Shown in pieces: positions 35,101 through 43,338 of a DNA stretch of 49,091 bases. This DNA is from Candidatus Atribacteria bacterium (GTDB lineage Bacteria; Atribacterota; Atribacteria; Atribacterales; Caldatribacteriaceae), in contig DAOSVE010000002.1 of NCBI GenBank assembly GCA_035593465.1, forward strand, positions 1 to 49,091. The letters run 5' to 3'. Numbering within the stretch: the first letter of the stretch is position 1; every line of letters begins with the position of its first letter. The notes beneath the pieces were generated by a model. It was not told the origin of the DNA. It saw only the letters and a list, made by a program, of their open reading frames with translations, and searched no databases. A program made the position numbers and the translations under genes.

Positions 35101-36435
35101 TTGAATATACTTCTCGTTGCTCCGGGTACGGATAATTTGCAGCGTAAGATGAGAATTGTTCCTTTCCCCCAGGCCAGCTTGCCTCTTCTTGCTGCTTTAA
35201 CTCCTTCCCAGCATGAAGTAAAAATCATTGATGAACGCCTAGAAAATATAGATTTTGACGAGAAATGGGACGTGGTAGGAATTACAGTTATGACTGCTAC
35301 TTCCCATCGGGCTTATTATATTGCTGATGAATTTAGAAAAAGAGGGATAAAAGTAGTGTTGGGTGGTATCCACCCTACAGCTTTACCTGATGAAGCTATT
35401 CAGCATGCCGATAGCATAGTGATAGGTGAAGCAGAGGGTCTTTGGGAAGAGCTTATAAAAGATTTAGAAAAGGGAGAGTTAAAAAAGTTTTATAGTCACG
35501 ACTGCCCTCCACCGTTAACCGGGCTTCCTTTCTCTCGCCTGGATTTATTACATAAAAGATATTTGTTAAAACATGTTTTCCAGACCACTCGAGGGTGTCC
35601 CCACAATTGTGGATTTTGTTCTGTCTCTACCTTTATGGGAAGAAGATATCGCCATCGTCCAGCAGAAGAAGTAATAAAGGAAATCAGCCTTTACCCTAAT
35701 TCTCGTATTATTGGCTTTCTGGATGATAATATTGTGGGTAATCCTCGTTACTCCAAGGAGCTTTTTCAAGCCTTAATCCCTTTCCAGAAGAAATGGGTGA
35801 GTCAAGGGACTTTGAAGCTGGCAGAAAATGAGGAGCTGTTGAAGATGGCAGCTAAAAGTGGCTGTATTGCTCTTTTTGTGGGTTTTGAGTCCATTAACGA
35901 AGATAATCTGAGAAAGATGCATAAAAACTTTAATCAAGTCGATAAATATAAGAGCTTAATAGATAAATTTCACGAATACGGTATTATGATCATTGGTTCT
36001 TTTGTTTTTGGTTTTGATGAGGATGACCCTTCTATTTTTCAACGAACTCTTAATTTTTTGGAAGGTGTCAATTTAGATTTTGCCCAGTTTTCCATCCTTA
36101 CTCCTCTTCCCGGTACAGAGGTTTTTAAACAGTTTTCAGAAGAAAACCGGATTTTTTCTTATGACTGGAGAAAATATGATTTTGCTCATGTAGTTTACCG
36201 TCCTCTCCGTATGACTCCTCAAGAACTTCAGGATGGTTATAATTACATTTTCCGTCAATTTTATCCCTTACCCCGGGTGATAAAAAGAACGATGAGAAAC
36301 TGGAGATATGCTCATTATTTTCTACCAGTCAGCCTTTATTATCATTGGGTGTCTCTTCATCCTAAATCGCTTCCCGAAGAGGTAGCTTCTGCTTTGTTTT
36401 CCCTGAAGGATAAAAAGCACTCCCCCGTAATTTAA
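35101..36435 (+). CDS. B12-binding domain radical SAM protein (class B)
   Basis: N-terminal cobalamin-binding-like domain followed by RGCPHNCGFCSV (CxxxCxxC). TTG start. Confidence 0.83.
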   Translation: MNILLVAPGTDNLQRKMRIVPFPQASLPLLAALTPSQHEVKIIDERLENIDFDEKWDVVGITVMTATSHRAYYIADEFRKRGIKVVLGGIHPTALPDEAIQHADSIVIGEAEGLWEELIKDLEKGELKKFYSHDCPPPLTGLPFSRLDLLHKRYLLKHVFQTTRGCPHNCGFCSVSTFMGRRYRHRPAEEVIKEISLYPNSRIIGFLDDNIVGNPRYSKELFQALIPFQKKWVSQGTLKLAENEELLKMAAKSGCIALFVGFESINEDNLRKMHKNFNQVDKYKSLIDKFHEYGIMIIGSFVFGFDEDDPSIFQRTLNFLEGVNLDFAQFSILTPLPGTEVFKQFSEENRIFSYDWRKYDFAHVVYRPLRMTPQELQDGYNYIFRQFYPLPRVIKRTMRNWRYAHYFLPVSLYYHWVSLHPKSLPEEVASALFSLKDKKHSPVI

Positions 36436-36573
36436 ATAAAGTTTTTCACCCAATGCAACTTTGAAGTTTTGAGATTCATTCAGAAGTGGGATTATTAGGC
36501 TGGAACGTATTCCCTCAGCGTTAATAATCAAAATCTTTTCCTATCTCCTACATCTTTTTTCTTGCATCACCAA

Positions 36574-36794
36574 TTAATCTATATGACTTACCAGAGATAT
36601 CTTTTGCATAAACACACCTACCAGATTGGGAGAGTAACCGCAAATATAATCACGATTGTATTCAGTAATAGCTATCAAGTTAGATTGTATTCAGTAATAG
36701 CTATCAAGTTATCAAGTCTCTCCGTCTTTTCTTTCTTATATCCCTTACTGGCCTCATAAACAATTTCTCTTCGTGTCTTCAAGAGATACCTCAC
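36574..36794 (-). mobile_element. Relic of the N-terminus of an integrase-core (rve-type DDE) transposase gene
   Basis: AAGGGAGGGG SD, 6 nt, then GTG 36794. Translation MRYLLKTRREIVYEASKGYKKEKTERLDNLIAITEYN... resembles the YxKAxKKEKxxILDE...TGYNR N-termini of such transposases. The frame is broken by the 29 bp tandem duplication and no catalytic domain follows. Confidence 0.4.
36654..36711. repeat. Perfect 29 bp tandem duplication
   Basis: GATTGTATTCAGTAATAGCTATCAAGTTA occurs twice (36654-82 and 36683-711). Confidence 0.9.
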
Positions 36795-36843
36795 TTATAG
36801 CCCCTCCCTTAAGAATATTCTCTCTTAAGGGAATAATAATTTA

Positions 36844-36901
36844 ACTTTGATTTTTAGTTGAGGCAACGATACCATTTCACTTTAATTTTAGTTGAGGCAA
36901 C
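36844..36901 (+). repeat. Two direct repeats just upstream of a promoter
   Basis: ACTTTGATTTTTAGTTGAGGCAAC (36844-67) and ACTTTAATTTTAGTTGAGGCAAC (36879-901). The second repeat ends 8 nt before the -35. Confidence 0.75.
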
Positions 36902-36909
36902 TCGACCCC

Positions 36910-36938
36910 TTGACAAATTTTGAAAGGGGTGATATAGT
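36910..36938 (+). promoter_or_regulatory. Near-consensus sigma-70 promoter of the candidate RNA
   Basis: TTGACA 36910-15, 17 nt spacer, TATAGT 36933-38 preceded by TGA (extended -10-like). Confidence 0.5.
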
Positions 36939-36944
36939 ATAACT

Positions 36945-37082
36945 GCTACGGGTTCTGAGGGATTAGAGAACCAAGAGAGCTGAAGAGTAAAATCTGATGC
37001 TCCTAAAGGGATTGTTGAGCTCCAATCCTGGAAGAAAAAATCGAGGTTCAAAGATCTGTTAGAACCCGTAGCTCTTTTTTTT
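36945..37082 (+). ncRNA. Unclassified structured RNA candidate (~140 nt), either a discrete sRNA or a riboswitch-like leader
   Basis: The predicted TSS coincides with GCTACGGGTTCT (36945-56), which is perfectly complementary to AGAACCCGTAGC (37061-72), followed by TC-T8 (37073-82). Internal competing GGTTCT/AGAACC and GGGATT/AATCC helices are present. No SD-led ORF was seen. Confidence 0.4.
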
Positions 37083-37255
37083 CTTTCTTTTGCCTCTGTT
37101 GGTGATTCTCCCGTAATAAATATGAGCAAAATAAAAAAATGGCGAAGACTATTTATCTATAAGTTAGAGCCGCTTCATAACTTTACGAAGATACTATAAT
37201 AATATTGGGAAAACAAAAATAATCTTCATGGAGCACATCCAAAGGAGGAGAAGGT

Positions 37256-37894
37256 ATGAAAATTGCAGTTGTGTGTGCATCGGGAAGAGTGGGTAGGTTG
37301 CTAGTGGAGGAGGCGATATTGAGAGGTCATGAGGTTACAGCGATTGTCCGTAATCCCAGCAAAGCGCCTCAAGCTACAAAAGTTATTGTGAAGGATTTAT
37401 TCGACCTGACCCTTCCTGATGTAAAGGATTGTGAAGTAGTTATTGATGCGTTTGGTACATGGACACCTGATACTCTTTTTCAGCATAGTACTTCTCTTAA
37501 ACATCTCTGTGACATACTGAGTGGTAAACCAAATCGTCTGCTTGTTGTTGGTGGTGCAGGAAGTTTGTATGTTAACCCCGAGCATACTATCAGGCTTATG
37601 GACACCGAAGATTTTCCTGATGCGTTCAAGCCAGTTGCCTCAAGCATGGCCAAGGCACTTGATGAACTTCGCAATAGAAACGATGTGAGGTGGACTTACG
37701 TAAGTCCGGCAGCTGATTTCCGGGTGGATGGTCCTCGCACAGGTAAATACATTCTCGGCGGTGAGGAATTAATTTTGAATTCAAAAGGTGAAAGTGTTAT
37801 CAGCTACGCTGACTATGCAATAGCTATGATTGATGAAGCTGAAAAAGACAATCATATTGACCAGCGCATCTCTGTGGTTGGGGAATATGATTGA
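37256..37894 (+). CDS. NAD(P)H-binding (atypical SDR, NmrA/BVR-B-like) protein
   Basis: MKIAVVCASGRVGRLLVEEA Rossmann start and GGAGSLY. AAAGGAGGAG SD. The composition looks more GC-rich than the neighbours by eye. Confidence 0.78.
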   Translation: MKIAVVCASGRVGRLLVEEAILRGHEVTAIVRNPSKAPQATKVIVKDLFDLTLPDVKDCEVVIDAFGTWTPDTLFQHSTSLKHLCDILSGKPNRLLVVGGAGSLYVNPEHTIRLMDTEDFPDAFKPVASSMAKALDELRNRNDVRWTYVSPAADFRVDGPRTGKYILGGEELILNSKGESVISYADYAIAMIDEAEKDNHIDQRISVVGEYD

Positions 37895-37902
37895 CTATAT
37901 TT

Positions 37903-38352
37903 TCACAGCTGGGAAGTACAATTAGGACAACGAACGGCTTGAATGGGAATGGTAGTGTGACAATAAGGGCATTCTTTAGTAGCAGGAGAAGGGGCTTCCT
38001 CTTTGCGTTGGAACTGGTTAATTGTTCTCACTACCAAAAATAAGGTGAAGGCAATTATTAAAAAAGAAACCAGATGGCTGATGAATAATCCGTAGTTAAT
38101 GGTTACCGCTCCGGCATCTTTAGCACTGGTAAGGGTCAGGTAAGGTCCCGGGGGGTTACCTGGTTTTAGTACCACAAAAAGATTGGAAAAATCTATTTCT
38201 CCTAAAAGGAGTCCTATGGGTGGCATAATCAAATCGGAAACCAGAGATTGAACTAACACTCCAAAGGCGCCACCTACAGCAATACCTACTGCTAAGTCAA
38301 TAATGTTTCCCCGACTGGCAAATTCTTTAAACTCTTTCATTATTTTAGACAT
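37903..38352 (-). CDS. mscL: Large-conductance mechanosensitive channel with C-terminal zinc-ribbon tail
   Basis: FKEFASRGNIIDLAVGIAVGGAF and PIGLLLGEIDFSNLF family motifs. The tail is CPYCHTTIPIQAVRCPNC. Confidence 0.9.
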   Translation of the reverse strand: MSKIMKEFKEFASRGNIIDLAVGIAVGGAFGVLVQSLVSDLIMPPIGLLLGEIDFSNLFVVLKPGNPPGPYLTLTSAKDAGAVTINYGLFISHLVSFLIIAFTLFLVVRTINQFQRKEEAPSPATKECPYCHTTIPIQAVRCPNCTSQL

Positions 38353-38373
38353 AGAATCATCCCTCCTTTTTTT

Positions 38374-38402
38374 ATTATACAGTTAGAGCATAAAATGGTC
38401 AA
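38374..38402 (-). promoter_or_regulatory. mscL promoter candidate
   Basis: On the minus strand, TTGACC (38402-38397), 17 nt spacer, TATAAT (38379-74), then the AGGAGGG SD. Confidence 0.5.
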
Positions 38403-38633
38403 TTCTTAGGGTTGCCCCTGCTAGCGGGCACTCTAGGCTCATTATCCGGTTTGTGTTTTAGCAGTATAAAGATTGTTAAAAGTTCCGAGTTTTGAAAAAA
38501 GGTATTTTTTAAGCCAAAGAGGAGATTCCCGCTTACAGAATTATATTCATTTCTCTAAAGCCCCGAGATTCAGTTTTTTCAGGCGAAGAGGCTTAAGCTA
38601 AACAGTCTCCCTTTAAGTGAAGATAATAAACGG

Positions 38634-38708
38634 CGTGGGGTAGAGAGTTATGAGCCCGACGGGCTCATAGCCCGGAGGTCGTCGGTTCGAGTCCGACCCC
38701 CGCTACCA
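38634..38708 (+). pseudogene. Degenerate copy of the initiator tRNA-Met gene (tRNA-like, probably non-functional)
   Basis: The 3' 45 nt are nearly identical to 45002-45046. The D-arm is replaced by GTTATGAGCCCG, which is complementary to the anticodon arm CGGGCTCATAGC (a 12 bp hairpin instead of a cloverleaf). Flank similarity extends about 25 nt upstream and 30 nt downstream. Confidence 0.6.
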
Positions 38709-38756
38709 TTTCTTTTCAAGCTCTGTTGGGTTTGCCAGTTTCACCCTCAGGTCTCT

Positions 38757-39080
38757 TCAGTTACTCTCGTCTGGCAATTGATGGTCTTTAGCTTCTTTTT
38801 CCTCATTTGAATTAATGTTTCTTTGTAGATATGTATCTAATAGAGAGTTGAACATTTTGCCGTGATTGGGATACTTTAGATGAAGTAGCTCATGTAAAAT
38901 CACTTTAAATCTTACCTCTTTAGGTTCATTCAGTAAAGATTTATCGAAGGTTAATCTACCTCTACTTGAGCAACTAGCCCATTTTCTTTTCATTGTCTGA
39001 ATATGAATTTCCCGGGGGTTAACTCCTACCTCTTTAGCTAATATTAGAACATCTTCTTTAAACTCTTCAGGAGTTGTCAT
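38757..39080 (-). CDS. Mini M48/YgjP-like (DUF45) zinc metallopeptidase domain protein
   Basis: KRKWASCSSRGRLTFDKSLL...VILHELLHLKYPNHG (HExxH). At 107 aa it lacks the N-terminal half usual in the family. Start overlaps the hsdR stop by 4 nt. Confidence 0.8.
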   Translation of the reverse strand: MTTPEEFKEDVLILAKEVGVNPREIHIQTMKRKWASCSSRGRLTFDKSLLNEPKEVRFKVILHELLHLKYPNHGKMFNSLLDTYLQRNINSNEEKEAKDHQLPDESN

Positions 39081-42028
39081 TCTGTGCTACCTGCCTTAAG
39101 TATGTCCATTATGTTCTGAACTACCTCTGAGACTTTGGGAATATCTGTCGGGTATAAATGTAATATAACTTCATAGAGTTTAGACCGGACTTCTCTTTCG
39201 TACCTCTCACTTTTTTGCCAGTGGGGATATTTTTCCAACACTTCTCTCATTTGATTTGCCATTGCCTCAGCATCTTGGAAACCTTTTTCTTTCAGCATCC
39301 AGTAAATGGTGAAAATATCAGCAGACATACCTTTTTCAATCTGTTCTTTCTGAGCAGAGTTGATTTCATCGATTATTTTTTTTAGCTCTTCCAGCGTTTC
39401 CTGGGTGGTTTTTTGCCTGCTCTCATATAGCTTGGCTATTAACTCAGCTCTCTCAGCAATAGAAATCAGATAAGGGGATTGGCCACCTCTTTTCTCAACC
39501 GTGAGGGCAATGCTCTTTATCAGATTGAATATTTTTTCCGTGTCAGAGGCTTTGCTTTTTTCAATTCTTCTCAAAGTTTGTTCGTCTATTTCACAGATAT
39601 CCAATGTAGGTCCAATTACGCCACTTCTGGTATGTTCCTGGACGAGCATAGCGGTCTTTCGGGTAAACTCCCTGTCTATAGGAATCCCCCGCTCATAATT
39701 TTCTATAAGACTTTTATACATTCTGGAAAGTGTTTCGTAGTCGTTTACGTAAGGTCTTAAAAAGGCATCCGGTGAAATAATCTCATAAATAGCGGATAGC
39801 TCTTTGAAGAATTTATAAAATTCCTTTCTCTTCTCTTCATCTCTGAAGTATTCTAGCACCGCTTCAAATGCCTTATCTTGAGCTTTTCCTTCGATAAGAG
39901 TAAGGTATTTCTCTCTGGCCTTTTTCATTTCCTCCGCAAATCTTTTCTTTAAAATCTCAACATCCTGGACAATTCCCTCGATGTCTTGGGAGTCAAAAGC
40001 CAGAGCCTTTTCAAGATTGTCGAAAATACCAACAAAGTCGAGAACAAATCCGGAGGACTTTTTTCTTCCTTCATCGTCTTCATAAGGCCTGTTTACTCTG
40101 GCAATAGCCTGTAAAAGGATATGGTCTCTCATGGGTTTATCCAGATACATACAATAGAGAATTGGGGCATCAAAACCAGTAAGAAGCTTTTCGGTCACAA
40201 TCAATATCTTTGGTAGCTCATCGGGCTTTCTGAAAGCATTTCTTATTCTTTTTTCTTCCATTTCTGAAAGATGGTATCTGGATAGCTCGGGTGGGTCGTT
40301 GTAAAAGGGGCTATATACAACTTTTGAATAGTCAGGTGGTAAATATTTGTCCAGTTCTTCTTTATACAGAGCACAGGCTTCTCTATCTACGGCAACTACA
40401 AAAGCTTTATATCCCATAGGCTCGATATATTTCTGGTAATGGTCAATGATATATCTGGTGACCTTTTCAACTCTTTCTCTATTTTTGAGCATATTTTTAA
40501 GGGTTACTGCCTTATCCAGCACTTTGTTGAGTTCCTCAATATCGCTCATTCCTTCAGCTTCAGCCAGGTCGAGGAATTCCCTCTCCAGCACTTCTTTATC
40601 AACCTGAAGCTCGTTAGGGGCAAGGGTGTAATATAGAGGGACGGTTGTGCCATCTTCTATGGATTCGGCAATACTGTATTTATCGAGGTATCCCTTAGGC
40701 GGATCATCTCTACCGAAGGTGATAAATGTTCCTTTACCATAGCTGGTTTTATCAATGGGAGTGCCTGTGAAACCAATGTACGTTGCATTAGGAATTGCGC
40801 CCATCAAAAAATTTCCGAGTTTTCCGCCCGTAGTTCTGTGTGCCTCGTCTACCAGGACAAAAATGTTCTTTCGCAGATTTATATTTTCAACCATATCCTC
40901 GAACTTATGAATCATTGTGACAATCAAGCCTCTTCTATCTCGTGAAAGCAAGTCTTGCAGATGCTTTTTGCTTTCCGCGACCTCCACATTTTCAATACCG
41001 AGAGCAGCGAGATTTCCAAAAAGCTGGCTTTCCAGCTCATTTCTATCCACGAGCATAATAACTGTTGGATTTTCAAAGACAGGGTTTTCTATTATCTTTT
41101 GAGCAGCTACTATCATCGTATAGGTCTTGCCCGAACCCTGGGTATGCCATATCAGGCCTCTTTTCTTTGTTGAATCTTCCGCTCTTTCCACTATCTTACT
41201 GACTGCTCTCATCTGGTGAGGCCTTAAGATAACTTTTTTGAGCTCATCATCCTGCCTGGTAAACATTAAGAAATCAACAAGAAGTTTAACCACTCTTTCT
41301 CTATCTAAGAATGTTTTAACCAGGCTTTCAAAGTCACCACTGACTTCTTCTTTCCAGTTAAAGAGGAGCTTCTCAGAAGTGTTCCAGGTGGCACTATAGT
41401 AATACTTCAAGATGTGAGTCAAGGCATAAACCTGGAGAATAGCCAGAAGCTCAGGGCATTCTCTGTGATACCTTTTCACCTGTTCTAAAGCTTCGCTTAT
41501 CCCCTCTATCTTATAAGCGGCTTTTGTTTCGATTAGTAAGAGAGGGACGCCGTTTACGAGGAACACGATATCTGGCCTGATAGTCTTAGTCCCGTTGGTG
41601 AACTCAAACTCATCCGTTACATGGAAGGTGTTTCTGTCTACATCTTCAGTATCCAGAAATTTTATATTTCTCTCCCGCTTTTCACCGGGAACGAATATCG
41701 TTCCTAAGCCTTTGAGATATTTCCAGGCGGTAAAATTACCTTCAATGTTGGGTAGAACAGTTTCCAGCTTTTTAATTACCTCTTCGGCAAGAAGGTGGTC
41801 CATAAAGCTGGGGTTGAGTCTTTGCATCTGATTGATGAATATCTCCTTGAATACGAGACCCGTCTTGCCACCTCTCAACCTTAAGGCTTCATCAGGGCTA
41901 ACATACTCCCATCCCAGCTTTATGAATATCTTGTTTCCATCCTGGGAAATATATTCTGCCGATTGCTCTTTTACATAGTTAATGATAGGTTTCTGAACGG
42001 CATATTTTTCCCCTCCCAATGAGCTCAT
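39077..42028 (-). CDS. hsdR: Type I restriction enzyme R subunit
   Basis: N-terminal PD-(D/E)xK region (PDIVFLVNGVPLLLIETK), helicase motif I HTQGSGKTYTM, motif II VLVDEAHRT, 983 aa. Confidence 0.95.
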   Translation of the reverse strand: MSSLGGEKYAVQKPIINYVKEQSAEYISQDGNKIFIKLGWEYVSPDEALRLRGGKTGLVFKEIFINQMQRLNPSFMDHLLAEEVIKKLETVLPNIEGNFTAWKYLKGLGTIFVPGEKRERNIKFLDTEDVDRNTFHVTDEFEFTNGTKTIRPDIVFLVNGVPLLLIETKAAYKIEGISEALEQVKRYHRECPELLAILQVYALTHILKYYYSATWNTSEKLLFNWKEEVSGDFESLVKTFLDRERVVKLLVDFLMFTRQDDELKKVILRPHQMRAVSKIVERAEDSTKKRGLIWHTQGSGKTYTMIVAAQKIIENPVFENPTVIMLVDRNELESQLFGNLAALGIENVEVAESKKHLQDLLSRDRRGLIVTMIHKFEDMVENINLRKNIFVLVDEAHRTTGGKLGNFLMGAIPNATYIGFTGTPIDKTSYGKGTFITFGRDDPPKGYLDKYSIAESIEDGTTVPLYYTLAPNELQVDKEVLEREFLDLAEAEGMSDIEELNKVLDKAVTLKNMLKNRERVEKVTRYIIDHYQKYIEPMGYKAFVVAVDREACALYKEELDKYLPPDYSKVVYSPFYNDPPELSRYHLSEMEEKRIRNAFRKPDELPKILIVTEKLLTGFDAPILYCMYLDKPMRDHILLQAIARVNRPYEDDEGRKKSSGFVLDFVGIFDNLEKALAFDSQDIEGIVQDVEILKKRFAEEMKKAREKYLTLIEGKAQDKAFEAVLEYFRDEEKRKEFYKFFKELSAIYEIISPDAFLRPYVNDYETLSRMYKSLIENYERGIPIDREFTRKTAMLVQEHTRSGVIGPTLDICEIDEQTLRRIEKSKASDTEKIFNLIKSIALTVEKRGGQSPYLISIAERAELIAKLYESRQKTTQETLEELKKIIDEINSAQKEQIEKGMSADIFTIYWMLKEKGFQDAEAMANQMREVLEKYPHWQKSERYEREVRSKLYEVILHLYPTDIPKVSEVVQNIMDILKAGSTE

Positions 42029-43338
42029 ACTCCCACCTCCAGGTTATTGACTCTTATCTTAGCAGTCATAAGATTATATAAAAGAGTCTTAAATAGATCC
42101 TCCAGGGCTTTCTTTTTATTCTCCTCTGCTTCAATCTTCTCATCAATGGCAGAGAGCATTGAAGCGATTTTTTGCTGGGTGGGAAGAGGGGGAAGGGGGA
42201 TCAAGAATGTTTTAAGTTTTGTAGCACTAATATTAGATTGGCTTGCTCCTCTAGTGGCAAGACATTTTAATCTACCTTGAGTTATATCCCAATTAAAATA
42301 AAAATTGAAAAGCAAAGGAAAAATTTTACTATCATTCACCCTCAATCTAATTAAGTATGATGCAAAGACAAAATCATCATTCAATGTGAAAACTGATGTT
42401 TTCCCAACGAGTTCAAAGCTGTTCGTTCTGTTAAAGAGAATGTCTCCTTTTTCTAATTTAAACCTTCTAAATGTACTTTCATCTAAATTTACAAATTGTA
42501 AATCATCGGTTGAAATCGCACCATTTATTAAATTATTCATGCGTAAGATGGGGTATTTGCCAAGCTTTGACCCCCTAATAGATAATCCATATTGTGCCTT
42601 CTTTAAAAGATCATAATCCCCCAGTCTCAGCACTTCCCACTCCTCAGGTATCATCCCGATTTCGGTCTCCTTGAGCGGTACATTCTCGGCATCCACAACA
42701 GGCACAGGGCCATAGGTAAAGAGGTAGTTCATCATCGATTTTTTGAGGCCCTGGGCGGCGCTTATCACCGCCTCCGTTTTTTCCTTTGCCTCTTGAACGG
42801 CAGAGAGAACAGCGGCAATCTTTCGCTGCTCGGGAAGAGGGGGGAGGGGGAAGATAATTTGTTTAATTTCAGATATATTTAATGTTGGATAACCATCCGC
42901 TTTTTCTTTTGCAAGTTTTAATTCTCTTAGCAAGTAAAAAAGAAAATCTTGAGTCGCATTCTTTTCATCGGCGATAATAGTACAAAGATGACTTACAACG
43001 TAAGCATCGGTTGGAAGCATCGCCCTTTTTTCCAGGTAAATCGTAGCTCCGCTTTTTGGAAAAACAATTGTTCCTTTGGGAAATAATTTTAGTTTATAAT
43101 CTTGAACTGCTTTATCATTTATTAAGTCATATTCTTTTATTACGCAATCTTCATTATCGATGTGGCTAACTCGGATAAATGGTTTCTCTCCTTTAAAATA
43201 TTCATCTCCTTGTGGAGCACTACCTCCCGACGAAATTTCAGCTACTTCTCCCAGCCTCACCACTTCCCACTCCTCCGGTAGCGGTCCGAGCTCAGTGATT
43301 TTGAAACCTTCTGGTAGGTCTCTATCAAGCTCATTCAT
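42025..43338 (-). CDS. hsdS: Type I restriction-modification specificity subunit
   Basis: Two target-recognition domains, each followed by a conserved helix (PLPPLPEQRKIAAVLSAVQEAKEK and PLPPLPTQQKIASMLSAIDEKIEA). Confidence 0.93.
   Translation of the reverse strand: MNELDRDLPEGFKITELGPLPEEWEVVRLGEVAEISSGGSAPQGDEYFKGEKPFIRVSHIDNEDCVIKEYDLINDKAVQDYKLKLFPKGTIVFPKSGATIYLEKRAMLPTDAYVVSHLCTIIADEKNATQDFLFYLLRELKLAKEKADGYPTLNISEIKQIIFPLPPLPEQRKIAAVLSAVQEAKEKTEAVISAAQGLKKSMMNYLFTYGPVPVVDAENVPLKETEIGMIPEEWEVLRLGDYDLLKKAQYGLSIRGSKLGKYPILRMNNLINGAISTDDLQFVNLDESTFRRFKLEKGDILFNRTNSFELVGKTSVFTLNDDFVFASYLIRLRVNDSKIFPLLFNFYFNWDITQGRLKCLATRGASQSNISATKLKTFLIPLPPLPTQQKIASMLSAIDEKIEAEENKKKALEDLFKTLLYNLMTAKIRVNNLEVGV

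Noticed and set aside
36654-36901. Possible mini-CRISPR array, raised by the 29 bp tandem repeat and the TTTTAGTTGAGGCAAC direct repeats.
   Set aside because: Each repeat has only two copies. The 29 bp units are directly adjacent with no spacer. The second pair is 35 bp apart and partly AT-rich flank. No cas genes are present. A tandem duplication and regulator or IS-end sites explain them better.
36854-37129. The 91 aa minus-strand ORF overlapping the RNA candidate.
   Set aside because: It has no SD and no recognizable family. It spans the promoter, the helix and the U-tract of the plus-strand element, so it is most likely non-coding.
38634-38708. A second functional tRNA-Met gene.
   Set aside because: The D-stem cannot pair (GAGA versus GCCC), position 27:43 is mismatched, loop position 38 is G, and the D-arm region is complementary to the anticodon arm. 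I could not find a promoter. I call it a decayed duplicate and leave it for tRNAscan-SE to confirm.
42180-42860. G5-G6 tracts in hsdS as phase-variation slippage sites.
   Set aside because: The tracts are short (5-6 nt). They simply encode the conserved PLPPLP motifs at the end of each target-recognition domain, and no longer homopolymer or tandem repeat is present.
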